This document shows positions 26,742 to 34,593 of a stretch of DNA of 64,000 nucleotides, one piece after another. The translations under genes were made by a program, and so were the position numbers. The notes under the pieces are model-generated. The model saw nothing but the letters and a program-made list of their open reading frames with translations, was not told the DNA's origin and did no database searches. The stretch comes from Candidatus Liptonbacteria bacterium. Its GTDB lineage: Bacteria; Patescibacteriota; Minisyncoccia; UBA6257; 2-01-FULL-56-20. Position 1 is the first letter of the stretch; the number at the start of each line of letters is the position of its first letter. The stretch is taken from assembly GCA_016212635.1 (NCBI GenBank), contig JACRFR010000018.1, positions 4,080-68,079 of the forward strand. The letters are read 5' to 3'.

Positions 26742-28439
26742 TTATTTCGCCAGTTTATAAATCTCAAACGGCAATTGGGCAAAAACGATGCGGTATCCGT
26801 CCAGTTTTTCCTGGTCTAGATATTTTGTGGGCGCGAAAACCAAGCGCTTCTTTGTTTTCACTTTCCCAAGCTCTTTCGCTTTATCCAGAGTAAGAGCAGT
26901 ATTTTTTAGATAAGCGAGATCTGGCTTGTAGAAAAGATAAACCTCGTATTCTTTGCTTTCGCCGATAAAATTCTTCTTCTCGTTTATTTTCTTTTCGTTG
27001 AATTCCTCGCCGGTCGCGGTATAAAAAACATAGCGCGCGAGTTCGTTGTAGGAAGGCAGATTTTTGCCCGACAAAATGCTTTCCATTTCTATCGGTTTGC
27101 CGAGTTCAAAATAGCTAAATGTTCCACCTAGTCCTTTTTTGAGATTCTCGTCTTTGGCGGTTTTCACTCCCCTGATGACGCGCCGCACTCGCTCCGCGGT
27201 TATTGTGTCAGTGTAATCTTCCATCTCAACGAGGATAAATTTTCGATTGCCACCATCCTCTTTGTTGAGCGCCAAAACTGCGTGAGCAGTCGTGCCAGAA
27301 CCGGCAAAGGAGTCGAGAATTATGGAATCTTTATCTGTTGCAATTTCTACAATTCTTTTCAGTAAACCTAACGGCTTAGGATATTCAATTGTTTTTCTCT
27401 CGAGAATAAGTTTTAAAAGCTTGCCCCCTAATTCCGTATTGACCTCTGAATCCAACCACATTGAACGAGGTTTAGCGGTTTTTTGTTCGCCGTTTCGATT
27501 CAAATAATCTTTAATAAAAATGTCGAATTCATCTCGACCGCTTACTTTTCGGCCATATATTCGATTAATTTCATCCATCACTTTTTTCTTGCCCCACATC
27601 CATCTACCATCCCTTCCGTCAGATTTTCTTGGGAAAACTTCAACTGTGTGATCTTTAGTTTTCTCTAAACTTACAATCCCGTTTTTTGAATTAACATAAA
27701 TTGGAAAAAACATTTCTGGTCTTTCTTCGCGTAAAGAAGCGGCTCCGCGCTGGCGTAAACCAAGTTCTCTCCATTTCTTGCCGTCTTTATCTTGCTGATC
27801 GTATTCATCAATATTTTCTTGTGTCAGAGGCAAACCATTCAAAATTACTTCGTCTATGCCCCTGGTATAACAAAGACAATACTCATGCAACGTAGCAACG
27901 TTTTCATCAGATTGGCGACCGCGCGGATTAGCTTTGATCGAAAAGTTGGTAATGAAGTTTTCTTCGCCAAAAACTTCGTCCATTAAATCTCTTAGATGAT
28001 GTTGTTCATTGTCATCAATCGAAATAAAAATCGCGCCGTCGTCTCGCAATAATTCTCGTAATAACTTTAAGCGCGGTGTCATCATGCACAACCATTTATC
28101 GTGGCGGGTTAGATCGTCGCGATCCACCACCCTCCCCAGCCATTCCTGCATCATCGGAGAATTCACATTGTCGTTATACGCCCATCTTTCATTGCCGGTG
28201 TTGTATGGCGGATCGATGTAAATGCACTTTACCTTGCCCGCATAGGTAGGGAGTAGCGCTTTGAGGGCGACAAGGTTGTCGCCGTGGATAATAAGGCTAT
28301 CATCCAGCCGGACATTGCCTGCCCTTTTATCCTTCCCTTCGACCAAACTCAAGGCAGGTCGCGGAATAAGCTCGCGGTACTTCACCGCCAGATGATGATT
28401 CTGGACGAATTGCTTTCCTTTGAAATTCAGTTGGGCCAT
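26742..28439 (-). CDS. mod: Type III restriction-modification Mod subunit (N6-adenine/N4-cytosine DNA methyltransferase, beta class).
   Basis: IYIDPPYNTGNE (DPPY motif IV) before DSFAGSGTTAHAV (motif I). Confidence 0.85.
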   Translation of the reverse strand: MAQLNFKGKQFVQNHHLAVKYRELIPRPALSLVEGKDKRAGNVRLDDSLIIHGDNLVALKALLPTYAGKVKCIYIDPPYNTGNERWAYNDNVNSPMMQEWLGRVVDRDDLTRHDKWLCMMTPRLKLLRELLRDDGAIFISIDDNEQHHLRDLMDEVFGEENFITNFSIKANPRGRQSDENVATLHEYCLCYTRGIDEVILNGLPLTQENIDEYDQQDKDGKKWRELGLRQRGAASLREERPEMFFPIYVNSKNGIVSLEKTKDHTVEVFPRKSDGRDGRWMWGKKKVMDEINRIYGRKVSGRDEFDIFIKDYLNRNGEQKTAKPRSMWLDSEVNTELGGKLLKLILERKTIEYPKPLGLLKRIVEIATDKDSIILDSFAGSGTTAHAVLALNKEDGGNRKFILVEMEDYTDTITAERVRRVIRGVKTAKDENLKKGLGGTFSYFELGKPIEMESILSGKNLPSYNELARYVFYTATGEEFNEKKINEKKNFIGESKEYEVYLFYKPDLAYLKNTALTLDKAKELGKVKTKKRLVFAPTKYLDQEKLDGYRIVFAQLPFEIYKLAK

Positions 28440-28471
28440 TGTTTCGTGAATAAAATGTGTCTTGAATTAAC

Positions 28472-29533
28472 TTACAGCAGTGTTCCTGGCTGTTTTTTTC
28501 CCAAATGCTCATAGGCGGGCGCAAGCGCCACCCGGCCTCCCGGTTTGCGCTGGAGGAAGCCGAGGCTCATCAAAAAGGGCTCGTACACTTCGGCGATCAC
28601 ATCCTCGTCCTCATTCAGCGCCGCCGCCAGGGTGTTCAGGCCTACCGGTCCGCCGCCGAACTTGTCAATTATTGTTTCCAGCAGGCGGCGGTCGTGCGGC
28701 TCCAAGCCTCGCGCATCGATTTCTAGGAGTTCCAGCGCTTCCCGGGCGGCCGGCACGTCGATCGCGCCTTGTCGATGCACTTCGGCGTAGTCGCGCGCGC
28801 GGCGCAACAGCCGGTTAGCCACGCGCGGGGTGGCCCGGGCGGCGGCGGCCAGGATCGAGACCGCCTCCGCCGCGATTGCCGTACCCAAAATTTTCGCGGA
28901 GCGGGCTAGGATCTTTTCAATGTCATGGTCGTGATAGTAGGTTAGCCGGAACGTAGCCCCGAAGCGCGAGCGCAGGGGTTGGGATAAAAGATTCTCGCGA
29001 GTAGTTGCGGCGATCAGGGTGAAGGGGGGCAGGTCGATCATGAGCGCGCGAGCGCTGGGACCCTTACCCACCACTAGGTGGAGTTTGTAACTCTCCATGG
29101 CGGGATAGAGAACTTCCTCGATCATGCGGTTGATCCGGTGCGCCTCGTCGATGAAGAGCACGTCTCGGGGTTCTAGGTTGGTCAAAATGGCGGCCAGGTC
29201 TCCGGTTCGCTCCAGGGCCGGACCGGAAGTTACTTTAACCTGGCTGCCGAGTTCGCGCGCGGTCAGATAGGCCAGAGTGGTCTTGCCTAAGCCCGCCGGT
29301 CCGGAAAAAAGCAGGTGATCCGCCGCTTCCTTCCTTTGTTTGGCGGCCCGCAGTATGACCTGGAGGCTCTTCTTTATGTTCGCTTGACCCACAAAGTCAT
29401 CCCAGTTGGCGGGTCGCAGGGTTAGGTCCAGGGCCGCATCATCCGGTCCGGCATGCACGTTTAAATCCTTATTTTTACTGGCTTTTTTATCATTCATTAG
29501 AATAGGGGCGGGGTTGGCCAACTCTATTGACAA
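28472..29533 (-). CDS. ruvB: Holliday junction helicase RuvB.
   Basis: LFSGPAGLGKTTLA, VLFIDEAHRIN, sensor and arginine-finger regions. The start is either TTG 29533 or ATG 29497. Confidence 0.95.
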   Translation of the reverse strand: MSIELANPAPILMNDKKASKNKDLNVHAGPDDAALDLTLRPANWDDFVGQANIKKSLQVILRAAKQRKEAADHLLFSGPAGLGKTTLAYLTARELGSQVKVTSGPALERTGDLAAILTNLEPRDVLFIDEAHRINRMIEEVLYPAMESYKLHLVVGKGPSARALMIDLPPFTLIAATTRENLLSQPLRSRFGATFRLTYYHDHDIEKILARSAKILGTAIAAEAVSILAAAARATPRVANRLLRRARDYAEVHRQGAIDVPAAREALELLEIDARGLEPHDRRLLETIIDKFGGGPVGLNTLAAALNEDEDVIAEVYEPFLMSLGFLQRKPGGRVALAPAYEHLGKKQPGTLL

Positions 29534-29561
29534 CGAAAATGTTTTGTGCTAGTATCTGTGT

Positions 29562-29808
29562 CATTGAAAGCTGGTTGTTATTTGAGATCTGGGGGCTTTG
29601 CCCCTGCACTCAAGAGGACGGTTTTCAGTCTTTCTTCTTGAGTGTGGGGGCCGGAAACATCCTTAGCCTAGGACGGTTTGGCTCCGGCGAAACCCATCCT
29701 CGGGATTCTTCCAATCTCTTTTATTTTAAAGAGTTTAACCCTTTGGGGACACGCCCCTAGATCTCAGATAATCACTTTTTACTGCCGCCCGCAAGGCAGG
29801 TTATTTAT
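29562..29808 (+). ncRNA. Candidate ~245-nt structured small RNA (rod-like, 6S-RNA-like architecture) driven by a consensus promoter (TTGACA 29527-32, 17-nt spacer, TAGTAT 29550-55) and ended by a terminator hairpin (29782-29799) plus a T-tract.
   Basis: There is no plausible ORF. The 5' segment 29574-29596 (GTTGTTATTTGAGATCTGGGGGC) is complementary to the 3' segment 29753-29775 (GCCCCTAGATCTCAGATAATCAC), with internal hairpins. Confidence 0.35.
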
Positions 29809-29876
29809 CAGCGAATAACGAATTGGTTACGAATTTTCGAATTCGTAGATTCGAGACATATTCGTAATTCGTTGAC

Positions 29877-31559
29877 TTACCACTCGATCGGTCCGGTCAC
29901 GCTTTCCACTTCCGCCAGAGTAGTCAGGCCGGCTAAAAATTTCAGGATCCCGTCGGCTTGCATGCTGGTCATTTTTTGTTCTTGCGCCAACTTGCGCAGC
30001 GCCACGTGGGACGCAGACTGAAGGACCGCTTCCTGAAACTCCGGCTGGTCGGTTTCCAGGAATTCGAATATGCCGATCCGCCCCCGAAAACCAAATTGAT
30101 TGCAGGCCTCGCAACCCGTTTGGGTATTGACCGTGGCGGGACCATCGGCCAGAAAGGCCGCGTAGGGAGCTTGGTCTACTTGGGGCGGCAGGTGTTCCAG
30201 AAAGGCGCGGACCTTGGGACGAAGTTCGGCTGGTACCTCTTGGGGCTTGCGACACTTAGCGCATAGCCGCCGCACCAGACGCTGGGCGATAACCAAAGAA
30301 AGCGCCGGTCCGACCGTGGCTGTTTTGACCCCCAGGTCGACCAAACGGGGAATGGCTCCCACGGCGTCGTTGGTATGGAGGGTGGAAAAAACCAGGTGGC
30401 CGGTCAGTGCCGCTTGGAGGGCAATGTCCGCGGTTTCCTGGTCTCGAACCTCACCCACCAGAATAACATCCGGGTCTTGCCGTAAGATGGCTCGGAGGCC
30501 GCTCGCAAAAGTGTAGCCGGCCTCCGGGTCGATCTGGGTTTGCTCGATACCGGCGATGCGGTACTCGATCGGGTCTTCTACGGTGATGATCTTTATCTCG
30601 GGCGTGAGCACGTGGCGCAGAAATGCATACAAAGTGGTGGTTTTGCCCGAACCGGTGGGCCCGGTATTTAAGATTAAACCGTTGGGCTTGGCTAGTTGTT
30701 GCTCCACCAGTTTTAAGAGGTCGCTCCGGAGGCCCAGTTCGGGCAGGGTTACGGATATCCCGGCGGGGTCCAGGATGCGCATGACCACCGTCTCGCCGAA
30801 CTCGGAAGGGATGATCGAGACGCGGACCTCGATCTCTTTGCCCGCCACGGTGATCGTGAACCGGCCGTCTTGGGCCTCGTCTTTGACGTTCAGTTTCATC
30901 TCGGAAACCAGTTTGATCCGCGAGAGCAGGTGCTCATAGGGTTTTGGGGGGACGTCCCCCGCGGAGTGGAGCAGGCCGTCGATCCGGAGACGTATCTCCG
31001 CGCCGCCCTGGGTCGCCTCGAAGTGAATGTCGGAGGCTTTGTTCTGCAGCGCCCCAACTATGATTCGGCGGTACAGCTCCGCGGTACCCACCCGGCTGTA
31101 GTCCAAGGAGTCCAACTCGACTTTGAGCGCTTGAAAGGAATTTATTTTGGCGCCCAGCTCCGCGAGCTCCTCGGCGGTCACTCCCAGGGTGCCGGTGATG
31201 TCCGCTGTGGGTAGGGAGATGAAGCGGTAAAAGGCCCAGGCTTGGTCCAAGCTGGACTGAGAGCCCACGTAAATTTTGACTTTCAATTTTTTCTGGATCA
31301 AACCCGCGACTAATTTTTTGGCCGGCTCCAGGTGGGGGTCGAACATGACCAGCGCCAGTTCGTGCGCTCGAATTTGGATGGCGGCGGTTTGAGTCGCTTT
31401 GGCATCGGCTTCGGGCAGGAACTTCATGGCCTCGAGCGATATTGGTGTTTTACGCAGGTCCACATAGGGGAACCCCAGGGTCTTGGCCCGCCGCTCCGCG
31501 TCGCGTTCTTCCGCGTCGCGCTGGAGCGCCGCAAGCTGATGTTGGAGGTTGGAGGGCAT
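29877..31559 (-). CDS. pilB: Type IV pilus / type II secretion assembly ATPase (PilB/GspE family).
   Basis: LNTGPTGSGKTTTLYA Walker A, GEVRDQETADIALQAALTGHLVFSTLHTNDA. Confidence 0.9.
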   Translation of the reverse strand: MPSNLQHQLAALQRDAEERDAERRAKTLGFPYVDLRKTPISLEAMKFLPEADAKATQTAAIQIRAHELALVMFDPHLEPAKKLVAGLIQKKLKVKIYVGSQSSLDQAWAFYRFISLPTADITGTLGVTAEELAELGAKINSFQALKVELDSLDYSRVGTAELYRRIIVGALQNKASDIHFEATQGGAEIRLRIDGLLHSAGDVPPKPYEHLLSRIKLVSEMKLNVKDEAQDGRFTITVAGKEIEVRVSIIPSEFGETVVMRILDPAGISVTLPELGLRSDLLKLVEQQLAKPNGLILNTGPTGSGKTTTLYAFLRHVLTPEIKIITVEDPIEYRIAGIEQTQIDPEAGYTFASGLRAILRQDPDVILVGEVRDQETADIALQAALTGHLVFSTLHTNDAVGAIPRLVDLGVKTATVGPALSLVIAQRLVRRLCAKCRKPQEVPAELRPKVRAFLEHLPPQVDQAPYAAFLADGPATVNTQTGCEACNQFGFRGRIGIFEFLETDQPEFQEAVLQSASHVALRKLAQEQKMTSMQADGILKFLAGLTTLAEVESVTGPIEW

Positions 31560-31801
31560 GGAAGCGAGTTGTCGAGTTTATAAAATTTATAAAGTTCGTA
31601 AAGTTATAAAGTGGAGGGGCTGGAGGGAAGGAAACTTCTACGCCCCCGGACTCACACGGCGTAGAAGTTGCTTCTTCTCCGCCCTGGGGACGTGGTTAAT
31701 TGCTACGTGCTACATGATTCATGATCTATGCCATAAGTGTAAGGAAATTAAGACGAAGTCGCAAAGAAAGTTTCTGGTTTTGACCAACTAGGGCCCTTGT
31801 G

Positions 31802-31840
31802 TTGTAATTTTAGAGGTGGTGTGCTATAATCCCATCTATG
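31802..31840 (+). promoter_or_regulatory. Sigma70-like promoter (TTGTAA-17-TGcTATAAT) whose predicted start site coincides with the ATG at 31838, i.e. a leaderless mRNA.
   Basis: The -10 is at 31825-31830 and the ATG at 31838, with no room for an SD. Confidence 0.45.
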
Positions 31841-32557
31841 AAATCACCAGAGGGAACTCCAAGTCAGGGGCAGGATGGGCCGGAAAATCCAAAGCGGCGG
31901 AGGTTGCTGAAAGGTGTCCTTGGTTTGGTTGGATTTGGGGCCCTAACCGAGCGAAAGGCGGAGGCTTCAACTAAAATAGGATTTAGTAATCAAACTGGCG
32001 AAACTATCGTGATTATTGAGAATGGGCATGGGAAAATAGGCAGGACTACTTTGAGGCCCGGCCAGGTTTCAAGTAAAAGAATTTTTGCAACTCAACCACA
32101 GGGGAGATTTAACCGGATGGACTTTTTTGTTTTAGAACCAACGGGACGAAAACCAATCGAAAATCCTCCGCCCGAATTTACGGAATGGCTCCTAAAAAAT
32201 GACATACGTTTTGCTGGGAGATCAGAAAGAGAGATGCCAGAGATAATTAGAGGTATTATCAACATCTCTAAAGACGAGGAGGCAGCTCTTAGGGCGCTTG
32301 TGGAGCCATATAAAAAATCTTTAAAGGGGCGGAAGGTGTTGGGCCGCGATAGCGAGCGTAGCTCCGAGGGATTACTAGACCAAATTGATGGCTGGCAGAA
32401 AATTGTGAAGCGAGTCGGGGATCGGGAGGGCGCGCGCGAGATTCCTATTGGGAACTTGCAGGAATGGGTGCCAGGGGCAGGCCAGGAAAGCAGTATTAGT
32501 ATAGATTTCGTCCAGGAACCAGATGGCAGAATTAAGGTTGTTAGAAAGTGGAATTAG
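31838..32557 (+). CDS. Secreted hypothetical protein with a twin-arginine (Tat) signal peptide.
   Basis: KRRRLLKGVLGLVGFGALT near the N-terminus. Confidence 0.5.
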   Translation: MKSPEGTPSQGQDGPENPKRRRLLKGVLGLVGFGALTERKAEASTKIGFSNQTGETIVIIENGHGKIGRTTLRPGQVSSKRIFATQPQGRFNRMDFFVLEPTGRKPIENPPPEFTEWLLKNDIRFAGRSEREMPEIIRGIINISKDEEAALRALVEPYKKSLKGRKVLGRDSERSSEGLLDQIDGWQKIVKRVGDREGAREIPIGNLQEWVPGAGQESSISIDFVQEPDGRIKVVRKWN

Positions 32558-32676
32558 TTGGTGCGGTTAACGTGTGGGGTTGGTGAATATTTCTGCGCCT
32601 TCCCAAAGCTGCGCGGCTTTCTTATTTTTGTTCTATAATCTAGTAGATACGCTTAATATGTAGTGTATGTGAATTA

Positions 32677-32720
32677 CCCCACCTAACCTCCCCTTTCTAA
32701 GGGGAGGAGGGGAGGGGTCA
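32677..32720. repeat. Family-2 hairpin (CCCCACCTAACCTCCCCT-TTCTA-AGGGGAGGAGGGGAGGGGTCA) upstream of yebC.
   Basis: Read directly. Confidence 0.6.
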
Positions 32721-32860
32721 GATATTAGATGTGGGTACGCTTCCGCCGAAGACAGATCCTCCAGAGGAAACGACTCATGGCGAGTGAAGTCGAACCAATA
32801 GTGCATGTGAATAATTCGCGTCGTTTCGCGTAGATATTCGCGTAAATTCGCTTCTACCAC

Positions 32861-33406
32861 ATGTCTGGTCATTCTCATTGGGCTGGCATTAAACACAAAA
32901 AGGGCGTTACCGATCAAAAACGCGGGGTTTTGTTTTCCAAGCTTTTAGCCGCGGTTACTATCGCCGCCAAGGGCGAGCCCGACCCGGAGTTCAACCCTCG
33001 GCTTCGGACCGCGGTAGAAACGGCGCGCGAAGCCCAGGTGCCCAACGACAATATCACGCGAGCCATTAGGCGCGCCGCTGACACCTCTGCTGTTTTAGAA
33101 GAATTAATGTTCGAGGCCTACGGTCCCGGCGGGACGGCGATCTTGATCGAGGCGATCACCGACAGCCGCAACCGGACCGTTGCGGAGGTGAAGCATATTC
33201 TCTCTGAACGGGGAGGGAAGTGGGCGGATTCAGGCAGCGTCCAGTGGGCCTTTGAGCGTGTTTCTGGTTCGGATGGTTTGAAGTGGCAGGCAAAATTTCC
33301 CATGGAGTTATCCGCCGCCGATATGGAACAGTTAAAAAATCTCCTGGGGGCCATAGATGAGCATAACGATGTACAGGAGGTTTATACTAACGCTAAATTA
33401 GAATAA
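32861..33406 (+). CDS. yebC: YebC/PmpR-family transcriptional regulator (short form).
   Basis: MSGHSHWAGIKHKKGVTDQKRGVLFSKLL. 181 aa. Confidence 0.85.
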   Translation: MSGHSHWAGIKHKKGVTDQKRGVLFSKLLAAVTIAAKGEPDPEFNPRLRTAVETAREAQVPNDNITRAIRRAADTSAVLEELMFEAYGPGGTAILIEAITDSRNRTVAEVKHILSERGGKWADSGSVQWAFERVSGSDGLKWQAKFPMELSAADMEQLKNLLGAIDEHNDVQEVYTNAKLE

Positions 33407-33489
33407 AGAATGGAGAATTAAGAATTAGGGGGGGTTATGCTCTCGTTATTTTTGCTTAATTCTATATTCTAACTTCTAAATTCTACCCC

Positions 33490-34005
33490 ATGATTATCCT
33501 CGGCATCGACCCGGGCTCGCGGCGAATGGGATATGGTGTGGTGGAACAATCCGGCCCGCAACCGGTGTTTGTAGCCGCCGGCGTTTTACCGGTCACCGCC
33601 CGAACCGAGCCGGAGGCGCTCCAGGAGATCAAAACCGGTTTGGATGCGCTGCTGCGCAAGTATCGGCCGTCCGCGGTCGCGTTGGAGAAGCTGTTCTTCG
33701 TGCGCAATCAGAAAACAGGCATTGCCGTAGCCCAGGCGCGGGGAATCGCGCTACTCGCGGCCGCGCAAAAGGGTTTGCCGGTTTATGAATTCGCCCCCAA
33801 TGAGATCAAGGCGGGTATTACCGGCAATGGCGCGGCGGATAAGCGGGCGGTGCTTAAAATGGTCCGAATTATTCTAAACCAGCCAGCCCTAGTGGTGATT
33901 GATGACGCTTCCGACGCCCTGGCTTCCGCCCTGTTGGCCGCTCAAAAATTTAGAAATAATTTCAACATTAAACCGAAAAATTCTGGGAATAGCGGAGGGG
34001 GTTGA
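33490..34005 (+). CDS. ruvC: Crossover junction endodeoxyribonuclease RuvC.
   Basis: MIILGIDPGSRRMGYGVV... (RNase H-like). Confidence 0.9.
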   Translation: MIILGIDPGSRRMGYGVVEQSGPQPVFVAAGVLPVTARTEPEALQEIKTGLDALLRKYRPSAVALEKLFFVRNQKTGIAVAQARGIALLAAAQKGLPVYEFAPNEIKAGITGNGAADKRAVLKMVRIILNQPALVVIDDASDALASALLAAQKFRNNFNIKPKNSGNSGGG

Positions 34006-34593
34006 CAAACAACCTCCACAATCTATTCTGTATCCCAAGCTAGCGATTAATATTTTTAAAGGTTATTTTTTATCAAAGGTCGGCGGCTACCATTTTTGTG
34101 GAATGTCCACCGAGTTACTAAATATCCGAATGGCATTTCGAGGCTTGAGTGATGAAGACACTGGCGGTGAAGAGGAGGTGGGAGGTGGTTTTGGTGTCCC
34201 TAGTAAAGGCAATGGTGACGATGATGATGGCGTGGAAGAACCAAAGGAAGAACTAGAGGAGGGCGCGGAAGCAGATGAAGATGACGATGATTTGGAGGGA
34301 GGGGATTCTGAAATCTAGGCTGGTTGGTTCGATGTAGTTCTGGGGCGGCGGAGTAGGCAAGGCGGGAATCCAGAATTTCCGGGCCTAGATTCCCTGCCGG
34401 CCGTCAGGCGGGCGGATATGGCCTGCTGACCATTCCGGAATGACAGACAAATACATAGTTTCGTAATTCAAGGTCAGATGGCGCGGCCTGGCGCTATTCG
34501 GAAACGTCAAAAAGTTATTCCCTGAGCCCGTCGAAGGGTAGCTTTTGGGCGGGTACATGGCATGGCCCTCGACAAGCTCGGGCAATAAAATCG

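Noticed and set aside
29527-29760. 77-aa plus-strand ORF upstream of ruvB.
   Set aside because: Its TTG start is the TTGACA -35 hexamer of the promoter. The region is better explained as a structured non-coding RNA.
33899-34318. 139-aa acidic ORF overlapping the 3' end of ruvC.
   Set aside because: It overlaps ruvC in another frame and the sequence is low-complexity D/E-rich. A shorter real gene (from ~34100) cannot be excluded but is unsupported.
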